Under the pieces are notes generated by a model that worked only from the letters and a program-made list of their open reading frames with translations, had not been told where the DNA came from and searched no databases. DNA of 64,000 nt from an uncultured Actinomycetota bacterium. Lineage in GTDB: Bacteria > Actinomycetota > Actinomycetes > JACCUZ01. Position numbers and translations under genes: made by a program. Shown here piece after piece: positions 42,317 to 53,840 of the stretch. Position 1 is the stretch's first letter. Each line of letters begins with the position of its first letter. The stretch is taken from the NCBI GenBank assembly GCA_963771345.1, contig CAVYTH010000009.1, positions 257-64,256 on the forward strand, written 5' to 3'.

Positions 42317-43201
42317 GTGCCCCAGCGACCGGTGAGCCCCGTCCCGGCCGGAACGCTCTGCGTCATCGGCGGCGGCGAGGACCGCACCGGCTCGCGCGTG
42401 GTCCTGCGCGAGTTCATCCGGCTCTCCGGCGGCGACGGCGCCCGGATCGCCGTCGTGGCCACCGCGTCGTCGCTCGGCGACGAGATCCTCGACGAGCTAC
42501 GAGCGCGGCGTTCCTGGCCCTCGGCGCCGGCAGCGTCGTCCGGCTGCGCCCGTCGAGCCGCGCCGAGGCCGACGACGCCGACCTCGCGGCCGAGCTCGGC
42601 CGACGTCGACGCCGTGTTCATGACCGGCGGCAACCAGCTCAAGCTGACCCAGATCGTCGGCGGCACCGCGGTTCGCCGACGCGGTGCGGTCGGCGTACCA
42701 GCGAGGTGCCCTCGTCGGCGGCACGTCGGCGGGCGCGAGCGCCGTCAGCGAGCACATGATCGCCTTCGGCGACGAGTCGGACACCCCGCGGCAGGGCGTC
42801 ACCGCGTCGGCCGCCGGCCTCGGCCTGCTGCCGGACGTGGTCGTCGACCAGCACTTCGCGCAGCGCAACCGCTACGGCCGGCTGCTGTCGCTGGTCGGCC
42901 GCTCGCCGCGGCTGCTCGGCCTCGGCGTCGACGAGGACACCGCGGCCGTCGATCCGCGGCGGGCGCCTGCTCGAGGTCGTCGGCTCCGGCTGCGTCTTCG
43001 TCGCCGACGGCTCCAGGCGGTCAGCGACGCGCACATCGCCGAGCTCGGCGCGCCGCTGCTGGTGTCCGGCGTCGTGGTGCACACCCTGCCCGTCGGGTGC
43101 CCGGTTCGACCTGCCGCAGCGCCGGCTGGTCGACTTCCATCGAGGAGCACCTGGCCCACCAGATCAAGCAGCCAGACCGAGGAGGACGACGCCGCAGATG
43201 A
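42317..43201 (+). CDS. cphB: Cyanophycinase (peptidase S51), 2-3 frameshifts
   Basis: 'LCVIGGGEDRTGSRVVLREFIRLSGGDGARIAVVATASSLGDEIL' and 'RGALVGGTSAGASAVSEHMIAFGDES...VVDQHFAQRNRYGRLL' contain the S51 catalytic-Ser region. The TGA overlaps the cphA ATG (ATGA). Confidence 0.75.
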   Translation: MPQRPVSPVPAGTLCVIGGGEDRTGSRVVLREFIRLSGGDGARIAVVATASSLGDEILDELRARRSWPSAPAASSGCARRAAPRPTTPTSRPSSADVDAVFMTGGNQLKLTQIVGGTAVRRRGAVGVPARCPRRRHVGGRERRQRAHDRLRRRVGHPAAGRHRVGRRPRPAAGRGRRPALRAAQPLRPAAVAGRPLAAAARPRRRRGHRGRRSAAGACSRSSAPAASSSPTAPGGQRRAHRRARRAAAGVRRRGAHPARRVPGSTCRSAGWSTSIEEHLAHQIKQPDRGGRRRR

Positions 43202-45998
43202 GCAGCCCGCAGCCCGACCTCGCGATCCTGCAGACCGCGGGTCTACCGCGGGCCGAACCTGTGGTCGTACGAGCCGGCGATGCACCTCGTCGTCGACCTC
43301 GGCTCGCTGGAGGACCATCCCACCAACACGATCCCCGGCTTCGTCGACGGCCTGGTCGAGGCGCTGCCGGGCCTGGCCCGGCACTCGTGCTCGCGCGGCC
43401 ACCGCGGCGGCTTCCTCGAGCGGCTCAAGGAGGGCACCTGGCTCGGCCACGTCGCCGAGCACACCGCGCTGCAGCTGCAGCAGGAGGCCGGCCACGACAT
43501 CCGGCGCGGCAAGACCCGCGGCACCGGCGTCCGCGGTCAGTACAACGTCATCTACGGGTACGTCGACGAGCAGGTCGGCCTGGCGGCCGGGCACGCTGGC
43601 CGTCCGGCTGGTCAACCACCTCGTCCAGGCCGACCCGGAGTTCGACTTCGACGCCGAGCTGGAGCGGTTCCTGCTGCAGGCCGAGCGCACCGCGTTCGGC
43701 CCGTCGACCCAGGCGATCCTCGACGAGGCGGTCTCCCGCGACATCCCGTGGCTGCGGCTCAACGAGCACTCGCTGGTGCAGCTCGGCCAGGGCGTCCACC
43801 AGCAGCGGATCCGCGCGACGATGACGTCGAACACCTCGGCGCTGGCCGTCGACATCGCCGGCGACAAGGAGCTGACGACGCCGGCTGCTCGGCCGCCGCC
43901 GGCCTGCCGGTGCCGCGGTCGGAGTCGGTGCGCACCGCCGAGCAGGCCGTGCGCGTCGCCGACCGGATCGGCTACCCGGTCGTCGTGCAAGCCGCTGGAC
44001 GGCAACCACGGCCGCGGCGTGGTGCTCGACCTCAAGGACGCCGACGAGGTGCGCGCGGCCTTCCCGATCGCCAAGGAGGAGTCCCGGCGCGGCTGGGTCG
44101 TCGTCGAGTCGTTCATCACCGGCAAGGACTACCGGGTGCTGGTCATCGGCGGCCGGATGGTCGCGCTCGCCGAGCGGGTGCCGGCGCACGTCATCGGCGA
44201 CGGCGTGCACACCGTCCGCGAGCTGGTCGACGAGACCAACGCCGACCCGCGACGCGGCGTCGGCCACGAGAAGGTGCTGACCCGCATCAAGGTCGACGAC
44301 GCCGCGGTCGAGCTGGTCACGCGAGCAGGGCTTCGCGATGGACGCACGTGCCGCCCGAGGGCACGATGGTCAAGCTCACCCTGACCGGCAACATGTCGAC
44401 CGGCGGCATCTCGATCGACCGCACCCTCGAGGCGCACCCCGACAACGTCGAGATCGCCGAGGAGGCCGCCCGGGTCGTCGGCCTCGACGTCGCCGGCATC
44501 GACTTCATCTCCCCCGACATCGCCGAGCCGGTGCGCGAGACCGGCGGCGCGATCTGCGAGGTCAACGCGGCGCCCGGGCTTCCGGATGCACACCCACCCG
44601 ACCATCGGCGACGCCCAGTTCGTGGCGAAGCCGGTCGTCGACTCGCTGTTCCCGCCCGGCTCGCCCAGCCGGATCCCGATCGTCGCCGTGACCGGCACCA
44701 ACGGCAAGACGACGACCGCGCGGATGATCGCGCACGTCTTCAAGGGCATGGGCCGCAAGGTCGGCATGACCTCGACCGACGGCATCGTGATCGACGAGCG
44801 GCTGGTGATCCGCGCCGACGCGTCCGGGCCGAAGTCGGCCCGGATGGTGCTGCAGAACCCGCGCGTCGACTTCGCGGTCTTCGAGGTGGCCCGCGGCGGC
44901 ATCCTGCGCGAGGGCCTGGGCTACCAGCGCAACGACGTCGCGGTGGTGCTCAACGTCGCGCCCGACCACCTCGGGATGCGCGGCATCGACACCCTCGAGC
45001 AGCTGGCCGAGGTCAAGCAGGTCGTCGTCGAGGCCGTGCCCCGCGACGGCTTCGCCGTGCTCAACGCCGACGACGAGCTGGTGCGCCGGGATGCGCCGCC
45101 GGTGCTCGGGCGAGGTGGTGTGGTTCTCGATGGCCGAGGCCGGCAGCGAGACGTGCGAGATCGGTCGACGACCACTGCCGCCGCGGCGGCCGCGCCGTCG
45201 TCCTCGAGCGCGGCGACCTCGGCGAGATGATCGTGATCCGGCACGGCCGGCGCGTCGATGCAGCTCGCGTGGACCCACCTGCTGCCCGCGACCTTCGGCG
45301 GCAGGGCGAAGATGAACGTGCAGAACGCGCATGGCGGCAGCCGGCTGCGGCGTTCGCCGCCGGCGCGCACCTGCACGACATCCGGCAGGGCCTGCGCACG
45401 TTCACGCACGTCCTACTACCTGTCGCCCGGCCGGCTGAACCAGATCGAGGTCGGCGGCGCCACCGTGATCGTCGACTACTGCCACAACGCGCCCGGCATG
45501 CGGCTGCTCGGCGACTTCGTCGAGCAGCTGGCCGACAGCGCGCCGAGGCAGACCTCCGAGCTGGCCAAGCCCGCAGCGGATCGGCGTGGTCGCGACCGCG
45601 GGTGACCGGCGCGACGAGGACATGCGCGAGCTCGGCGCTCGATCGCGGCCGAGCACTTCGACGTGCTCGTCGTCCGCGAGGACGTGGCCCTGCGCGGCCG
45701 CGAGCGCGGCGACGTCGCCGGCCTGGTCGCCGACGGTGCCCGGGCCCGGATGGCCGAGGGCGCGCGCTGCAAGCAGGTCGAGATCGTCCTCGAGGAGATC
45801 CCCGCCGTGCACCAGGCGATGGCGCGGGCCAACCCCGGCGACCTCGTCGTGCTCTGCGTCGACAAGCACGGCGCCGTGCTCGCCGAGCTCGGAGACGATG
45901 TCGCACCAGGCCCAGGCCGGCGCGCACGTCGACGAGGCCGTCGGCGACCCGGACACGCCGTCCCCGCGCACCGGGGCAGGACAGACCCGCAGCAGTGA
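43198..45998 (+). CDS. cphA: Cyanophycin synthetase (N-domain + ATP-grasp + Mur-ligase-like domain), many frameshifts
   Basis: N-terminus 'LRGPNLWSYEPAMHLVVDLGSLEDHPTNTIPGFVDGLVEALPGLARHSCSRGHRGGFLERLKEGTWLGHVAEHTALQLQ' closely parallels the CphA N-terminus. ATP-grasp 'GYPVVVKPLDGNHGRGVVL...YRVLVIGGRMVA'. Mur-ligase P-loop 'IPIVAVTGTNGKTTTARMIAHVF'. The stop overlaps the next GTG (GTGA). Confidence 0.8.
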
Positions 45999-46582
45999 CC
46001 GGCCGGCGGTTCCTCGTCCTGCACGGCTGGGAGAACCACCGCCCGGCCGGAGCACTGGGAGTGGTGGCTCGATCGACGGCTGCGGGCCCGCGGCGAGCAG
46101 GTGCTCTACCCGCAGCTGCCGTCGCCGGACCACCCGGTGCTCGACGACTGGCTCGAGGCCTTCACGCGCCGAGTGGCGGCAGATGGGCGACGGCGAGCGG
46201 GTCGTCGTCGCGCACTCGCTGGGCGTGCCTGCTGTGGCTGCACGCTGCCGCTCGTGGCCTGGTCGACCCGCCGGCCGACCGGGTGCTGCTGGTGGCGCCG
46301 CCGAGCCCGCTGTCACCGCCGGCGATCCCGGCCATCGCCGGGTTCGTCGCGCCGGTGGACCCCGCGTCGGTCCGGTCGGCCAGCCGGACCGCCGTCCGGC
46401 TGGTGGCCTCGGACGCCGACGTGTACAGCACCGAGGGCACCGCACACGCGCTGTACGGCGGGCCCCTCGGGCTGGACAGCGACGTCCTGCCCGGTGCCGG
46501 GCACCTGACGATCGAGGACGGGTACGGGCCGTGGCCGGCCGTGCTGGCCTGGGCGCTGGACCCGGCAACGCGCATCACCTGA
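45997..46582 (+). CDS. RBBP9/YdeN-like serine hydrolase (alpha/beta-hydrolase, PF06821-type), about 4 indels
   Basis: 'RRFLVLHGWENHRPAGHWEWWL...YPQLPSPDHPVLDDWLEAF', 'RVVVAHSLG' (nucleophile elbow G-H-S-L-G) and '...PGAGHLTIEDGYGPWPAVLAWALDPA'. Translationally coupled to cphA. Confidence 0.6.
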
Positions 46583-46607
46583 CGCCGTCCGACTGTTCTC
46601 GCCGCGC

Positions 46608-47924
46608 GTGCTGGTGCCGCGCGCCGCGCGGTGTTCTGATGACCCGGTGAGCGACGTGCTGGCGCAGGGACCGGACCGGCCGCCGCGCCGTCCGTGGCTG
46701 CGCTCCGTCGCGGGCGTCACCGTGGTGGCGGCGGTGGCGTTCGTCGCCGTACGCGCCGACCGAGCCGGCGACTCGGCGACGCCACCCCGTCGACGCCTAG
46801 CGCCAGCGCGACGGTCGATCCGGCACCGGAGCCGGCACCGGTCGACGGCCAGCAGCCCTGGCCGACCGCGGTGGCCGCCTGCGGCGGCTCGACCGAGCTG
46901 CCGCTGCTCTCGACCGCACCGCTGCGCGGGAAGACCGGCCTCACGGTCCTCGTCGGCGGCGCCGGCCTGCGCGCGGTCGACCTCGACACCGGCCGGGTCC
47001 GGCCGTACGCCGGGGTCGGCCGGGACGCGCTGGTCCTGCAGCTGGCTGCCGCGGCCGGCCAGGTGCACGCACTGCGCACGACCTGCACGGCGATCCAGGC
47101 AGCTGGGCACCGGAGCGGTCCTGCGGGTGGACGTCGCCGGCCGGTCGGCGTCGACCGTCCTGCCGGGCGGCACCGACACCCTGCTGACGGCCCCGGACGC
47201 GACCTGGGCGCTGCGGTACGCCGGCAACCCGACCGGACGGCAGCTCGTCCTGCGACCGCTGGACGGCAGCGACAAGGTCCGGCTGCCGATGGGGTTCGAC
47301 GTCGCCATGGCCACCCGGCAGGAGTTCCTCGGCGCCCTGCTGCGTCCCGGTGCACCCGCGCCGGACGGCGGCTTCGAGCTGGCGGCGGTGTCGCGCGGCG
47401 ACCCGCCGCAGGTCCGCACGCTGGGCACCGGCGTGCTGCTGGCGGCGACCGAACGGTTCCGCGTCACGGCGGGAGTGGGCTGCGGCCTGACCGGGCGGTG
47501 CGTGCTCACCCGGGTCGACACGGCAGGCGGGTCGCTGCGGCGCTACCCGCTGCCGGCCGGCCGGGCACCGACGTCGCCGGCGGTGGTCAGCCCGGACGGT
47601 CGGCGGCTGGTGGTCCAGGTGTCCCGGACGGAGCCGGACCTGCGCTTCGGCGTCGGGCACCCCGGCGGTCCCTCCGACCTGGCGGTGCTCGACCTGCGCA
47701 GCGGGGAGCTCACCGTCGTACCCGGTATCGAGCTGGCACCGAAGACGCAGGCCGGCCTTGCCTTCGACGGCCGCGGCCGGTGGCTGGTGATCGCCGTCGA
47801 CGAGGGTCCCCGGGTCCGGCTGCTGGTCTGGCGGCCGGGGATGTCGCGGCCGATGGTCTCGAAGGCCCGGCTGCCCGGCGCGGTCTACACGGTGCCGGTC
47901 CTGGTGCTGGACGCCGAGACCTGA
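46608..47924 (+). CDS. Hypothetical membrane-anchored protein, paired frameshifts ~46780-47100
   Basis: TM 'WLRSVAGVTVVAAVAFVAV' followed by a ~380-aa extracytoplasmic region with no recognised domain. Confidence 0.4.
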   Translation: MLVPRAARCSDDPVSDVLAQGPDRPPRRPWLRSVAGVTVVAAVAFVAVRADRAGDSATPPRRRLAPARRSIRHRSRHRSTASSPGRPRWPPAAARPSCRCSRPHRCAGRPASRSSSAAPACARSTSTPAGSGRTPGSAGTRWSCSWLPRPARCTHCARPARRSRQLGTGAVLRVDVAGRSASTVLPGGTDTLLTAPDATWALRYAGNPTGRQLVLRPLDGSDKVRLPMGFDVAMATRQEFLGALLRPGAPAPDGGFELAAVSRGDPPQVRTLGTGVLLAATERFRVTAGVGCGLTGRCVLTRVDTAGGSLRRYPLPAGRAPTSPAVVSPDGRRLVVQVSRTEPDLRFGVGHPGGPSDLAVLDLRSGELTVVPGIELAPKTQAGLAFDGRGRWLVIAVDEGPRVRLLVWRPGMSRPMVSKARLPGAVYTVPVLVLDAET

Positions 47925-47980
47925 CCAGCAGGTCCGCAACAGGCTGACCAGGCGGGCGGCCTGGGTTACGGTCAGGAACC

Positions 47981-49140
47981 ATGGCGCAGCCACTCGTCCT
48001 CCGGCCCAGTCGGTCGGCTTCTGCCGGTCCGCCGACGGGACGCGGATCGCGTACGCCCGGTACGGGCAGGGACCGCCGCTGGTCGTGTCCACCTGCTGGC
48101 TCAGCCACCTCGAGTACGACCTGCAGAGCCCGGTGTGGAAGCACTTCGTCGCACGGCCTCGGCCGAGGTGTCCGCCAGCGTCCGGTACGACGAGCGCGGC
48201 TTCGGGCTCTCCGACTGGGACGTCACCGACTACTCCTTCGAGAAGCGGCTGCAGGACCTGGAGGCCGTGGTGGACGCGGCCGGCCTGGACCGGTTCGCGC
48301 TGCTGGGGATGTCCCAGGGCGGCCCGGTGGCGGTCGCCTACGCGCAGCGGCACCCGGAGCGGGTGACCCGGCTGGCGCTGCTCGGCAGCTACGTCGCGAC
48401 CGTCGGCGACGGCTCCGAGGAGTCCATCCAGCTCGAGGAGACCTTCACCAAGATGATCCAGGTCGGCTGGGCCCGCCCGGAGGGCCGGTTCCGCCGGGTG
48501 TTCACCGATGCGCTGATGCCGGGTGCCACGCCGGAGCAGATGACCTGGATCGACGAGCTGATGCGCCGGTCGACGACCACCGAGAATGCGGTCGCGTTCC
48601 GCCAGGCCCGGATGGACGTCGACGTCTCGGACCTGCTGCCGCTGGTCGACGTACCGACCCTGGTGATGCACTCCCGGGGCGACCAGATCAACCCGCTCGA
48701 GGGCGGTCGGCGGCTCGCGGCCGAGATCCCCGGCGCGCAGCTGGTCACCCTGGAGACCAACAACCACGTGCTGCTGGACGGCGAGCCCGCGACCGACGTG
48801 TGCTTCGCGGAGCTCGCGGCCTTCCTCGAGCCGGACGCCGACGCGCTGTCGGCCGCCGTACCCCGCCAAGGGGCTGGAGCCGCCCGGGGTCGCACCGTCG
48901 GACACCGCCCTGCTGGACCGGCTGACCGCGCGCGAGCGCGAGGTGCTCGACCAGGTCGCCGCCGGCCGGGACAACCGGGAGATCGCTGACGAGCTCACGC
49001 TGAGCGTCCGCACCGTCGAGCGGCACCTGCAGACGATCTACCGCAAGCTGGACCTGACCGGGTCCGCTCAGCGCACGGCGGCCGCCGCGCTGGCCCTGGG
49101 CGCCGACGACTACGCGCGTGCCGCCGTGACCCGCGTCTGA
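47981..49140 (+). CDS. Alpha/beta-hydrolase-domain LuxR-family transcriptional regulator, indels ~48000 and ~48130
   Basis: Hydrolase part 'FCRSADGTRIAYARYGQGPPLVVSTCWLSHLEYDL...FALLGMSQGGPVAVAYAQRHPERVTRLALLGSY'. C-terminal LuxR HTH 'LTAREREVLDQVAAGRDNREIADELTLSVRTVERHLQTIYRKLDLTG'. Confidence 0.65.
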
Positions 49141-49237
49141 CCTTCGGGCAGTTACGCGTCTGCACCCTGTCGGGGCACCTTCCGGATCCCTAACGTCGAT
49201 GGAAACACCGACCGCAAGATCTGAAAGGAACACTGAC

Positions 49238-50078
49238 GTGACCACGACGAACGACATCACCGAGGCCGACCGCGCGCTCAAGGCCAAGCACCGCGCCATG
49301 TGGGCTCTCGGCGACTACCCCGAGCTGGCCTCCGACCTCATCTGGAGCCTGGGCCCGACCCTGGTCCAGGCCAGCGGGGTCCAACCCGGTGAACGGGTGC
49401 TGGACGTTGCCGCCGGATCGGGCAACGTCGCCATCCCGGCCGCGGAGGCCGGCGCCTCGGTGGTGGCCTCCGACCTCACCCCCGAGCTCTTCGACACCGG
49501 CCGGAAGCTCGGCCGCCGAGCGTGGCGTCGAGATCGAGTGGGAGCAGGGCGACGCCGAGAACCTGCCGTACCCGGACGCCTCCTTCGACACGGTGCTGTC
49601 CTGCGTCGGCGTGATGTTCGCGCCGCACCACCAGGCCGGCGCCGACGAGCTGGTCCGGGTCACCCGGCCGGGCGGCACCATCGGGCTGCTCAGCTGGACA
49701 CCGGAGGGCTTCATCGGCCAGATGTTCGCGACCATGAAGCCGTACGCGCCGCCGCCCCCGCCCGGCGCGCAGCCGCCACCGCTGTGGGGCTCCGAGGAGC
49801 ACGTCCGCGCCCTGCTCGGCGACCGGGTCACCGAGGTCTCGGCCTCTCGAAGCACCGTGACGATCGACCACTTCCGCACGCCCGCGGACTTCCGCGACTA
49901 CTTCAAGTCGCACTACGGGCCGACGATCGCGGTCTACAGCTTCATCGCCGACGACCCCGAGAAGGTCGCCGCCCTGGACCGCGAGCTCGAGGCACTCGCA
50001 GCCCGCTACGACCGAGGCGACGACAGCACGGTCGTCGACTGGGAGTACCTGCTGCTCACCTGCGAGCGCACCGCCTGA
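49238..50078 (+). CDS. Class-I SAM-dependent methyltransferase (Methyltransf_11-like), indel ~49510
   Basis: RBS 'gaaagga' lies 7 nt before the GTG. 'ERVLDVAAGSGNVAIPAAEAGASVVASDLTPEL...' is motif I. '...DTVLSCVGVMFAPHH...VTRPGGTIGLLSW' follows. Confidence 0.75.
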
Positions 50079-50090
50079 CGCACCGCCGTT

Positions 50091-50174
50091 CGACCACGTA
50101 TGGCAGGCGTGTGGGTACTTTGCGAGGCACCTGCGCCTGGCAAAGTACTCGTTCGCCTGCCATACGTGGTCAAC
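50091..50174. repeat. ~85-bp imperfect palindromic element, copy 2 (reverse orientation relative to copy 1)
   Basis: Its reverse complement aligns with 29879-29963 at about 90% identity, including the shared flank 'gcagttgaccacgtatggcaggcg' and loop 'gcaggt'. Intergenic, downstream of the methyltransferase. Confidence 0.75.
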
Positions 50175-50452
50175 TGCGACCGGCGCGGCGGCCGGGGGCT
50201 AGCGGCCGGGGACGTCGTGCGCCATGTCATAGCCGTAGTCGCCGCCCGTGTCGGGGGTCTGGGTGGCGACGTACACGCTGGCGTGCGCGGGTGGGTGCGC
50301 AGCGCCCCCGAGGTCCACTCGTGGGCCAGGTCGTACTCCAGGTCCTCGCCCGGATCCGCGGCCCCAGGCCTGCTCGGCTCGCTCACGGCTGCCTCCGTAC
50401 TTCCGCCGGCTGCCCCACCCTGACCCCTCGCGCGGCGTCTTGCCAAGGGCGG

Positions 50453-52173
50453 TCAGCCGGATTGCGCGGCCAGCACCTTGTCGCGCACCTCGTCCGGGCC
50501 GTCGAGGGTGGCGCCGGACGACCGCAGCCAGCCGTCGATCTCGGTGCGCTCGGCGTGGCACATCACGCCGACGACGTCGCCCGGGCTGCGACTCGTCGAG
50601 CAGCGCCTGCAGCGCCGGCCAGCTCGGTCGGGTGGACCGGGACGTCGGTGCACCCCGACCGGCGGCCGCGCCCTCGCGGAGCAGCGCGGCCAGCTCGTCG
50701 GCCTCCCGGCCGCGCAGGTAGTGCTCCTTGTGCGCGATCACCACCTGGTCGGTGCCGCGGGCAGCGAGCTCGCCGACACCGCGGATGATCTCGTCGGTGC
50801 GGTCCCCCGGCGCTGCCCAGCACCAGCCGCACCGCGCCGCCGGGCGCCCGCAGCCCGGCGAGCACCTCGACCAGCGCAGCCACGCCGGCCTCGTTGTGGG
50901 CCAGGTCGACCACGACGGTGACGCCGCCCAGGTCGTAGACGTTCATCCGGCCGGGGTTGTCGTCCGGCCCGGGGCGGAACGACCGCAAGCCCGTCGACGA
51001 CCGCCGCGCGCGGCAGCCCCACGCCGAGGCCGGCACCGACCGCGGCCAGCGCGTTCTCGACGTTGACGTGCGACAGCCCGGCCAGCGTCATCGGGACGTC
51101 GACGACGGCCACCAGCGCGTCGGGCTCGGCGCGCGGCTCGAGGACGGTGATCGCGCCGTCGAGCAGGGTGACCGCCCGGCCGCCCTCGTTGAGCACCGTG
51201 CGCAGCGACGGCGAGTCGGGGTCGCGGGAGAACACGCAGACCCGCGCGTCGACCGCCAGCCGCATCGCGAAGGTCCGCGGGTCGTCGCCGTTGAGCACGA
51301 CCCAGCCGTCGCTGCCGGGTGACCCGGGTGATGACCGCCTTGACCTCGGCGAGCTGGTCGACCGTGTCGACGCCCTGCAGCCCGAGGTGGTCGGCGCTGA
51401 CGTTGGTGACGACCGACACGTCGTTGTGCGCGACGCCGAGGCCGCGCAGCAGGATGCCGCCGCGCGCGGTCTCGGTGACGGCGAGCTGCACCCGCGGGTC
51501 GTCCAGCACCTGGCCGGCGCCGCTCGGGCCGGAGTAGTCGCCCGGCCTCGACCAGCTCGCCGTCGACGTAGACGCCGTCGGTGGACGACCAGCCGACGAC
51601 CAGGCCGGCGCAGCGGCCCATCCGGGCGACCATCCGCGACGTCGTCGTCTTGCCGTTGGTGCCGGTGACGGCGACGACCGGGACGTGCGGGCGCCGCGGC
51701 GTCGGCGGCGTCGCCGAGGCCGGAGCCGCGCACGTAGCTCGGCCGCGGCGCGCCAGCACCGAGGTCGAGGTCGGCGCGCCGGGCAGGGCGTCGAGCACGC
51801 CCGCCACGGCGTGACCGAGCGCCTCGGCGCGGCCCCGGTGCCGCCACGGGTACGCGACCACCAGCCGGTGCAGGTCGGCGGTCGGGCGGCTGCGGACGGC
51901 GAGGCGGGTCGTCCCGGCCTCGTGCGCGACCCGGCGCACGACCGTGGCGACGACGCGCATCGGCGAAGCGCTGCCGCAGCCCGGTGCCGGCCGCGCCCGG
52001 CCGCGCCGCCGCGCAGGCCGAGCTGCACGCGCCGACGGCCCGCGGCGTCGGCGTCGTCGAGCTCGAGCAGCGTGGTGATGTCGAGGGTCAGCTTGACCGC
52101 CGGCGCGCGGGAAGTAGAGGTTCGCGCCCTCGAGCACCCGCAGCTCGACCAGCGACGGTCGGCGCCCAGCCAT
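50453..52173 (-). CDS. CphA-like ligase lacking the ATP-grasp domain (CphA N-terminal-like domain + Mur-ligase domain), many frameshifts
   Basis: 'MAGRRPSLVELRVLEGANLYFPRA...HRLVVAYPW' then directly 'VPVVAVTGTNGKTTTSRMVARM...WSSTDGVYVDGELV' (Mur-ligase P-loop). '...TETARGGILLRGLGVAHNDVSVVTNVSADHLGL...' and the C-terminal 'VIAHKEHYLRGREADELAALL...GDVVGVMCHAERTEIDGWL' parallel the CphA M-domain tail. It sits 25 bp downstream of inhA. Confidence 0.55.
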
Positions 52174-52197
52174 CGGTGGTCATCGCCGCGCCTTGCT

Positions 52198-52964
52198 CAG
52201 GCGCCCATGGCGTGCACGCCGCCGTCGACGTGCACGATCTCCCCCGTGGTCGCGCGGGAACCAGTCCGACAGCAGCGCGACGCAGCCGCGCGCGGCCGGC
52301 TCGAAGTCGGTGATGTCCCAGGTCAGCGGCGCGCGGCGTCGACCAGACGCCTCGAACTCCTCGAAGCCCGGGGATCGACTTGGCGGCCGTCGTCTTGCAG
52401 CGGCCCGGCCGCGACCAGGTTGACCCGGACGTTGTCGCGGCCCGAGGTCGCGCGCCAGGTAGCGCGCCGTCGACTCGAAGGCGGCCTTGGCCACGCCCAT
52501 CCAGTCGTACTTGGGCCACGCCACCGTCGCGTCGAAGGTCAGGCCGACGACCGACACCGCCGTTCGGCATCAGCGGCTGCGCGCCGACGGCGAGCGCCTT
52601 CAGCGAGTACGCCGAGATCTGCACCGCGGTCGCGACGTCGGCCCACTCGGTGTTGAGGAAGTTGCCGCCGAGCGCCGCCTCCGGCGCGAAGCCGATCGAG
52701 TGCAGCACGCCGTCGAGGCCGTCGACGTGCTCGCGCACCCGGTCGGCCAGCGCGTCGAAGTCCTCGGCGTTGCTGGCGTCGAGCTCGATCACCGGCGGCG
52801 GCGCTGGGCAGCCGCTTGGCGATCGTCTGGGTGATGCGCATCGTGCGGCCGAAGGACGTCAGCACGACCTCGGCGCCCTCCTCCTGCGCGATCCGCGCGA
52901 CGTGGAAGGCGATGGAGGAGTCCATCAGCACCCCGGTGACGAGGATGCGCTTGCCGTCGAGCAT
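52198..52964 (-). CDS. inhA: Enoyl-ACP reductase (InhA/FabI), frameshifts in the middle
   Basis: '[36 protein letters not shown]' and '...[21 protein letters not shown]...' and the C-terminal '...ALLSDWFP...[12 protein letters not shown]' parallel Mtb InhA. Confidence 0.8.
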
Positions 52965-52983
52965 GCCCATTCAGCTCTCCATC

Positions 52984-53738
<755 letters not shown>

Positions 53739-53840
53739 GGGCGCGACGGTATCGGTCTACCGCCGGGTACCCCAACCGGGCGTCTCGCGCGGGCAGGTGC
53801 GGCCGTAATTCGCTGGAAACAGCGCGTTAGGGTCTGCGGG

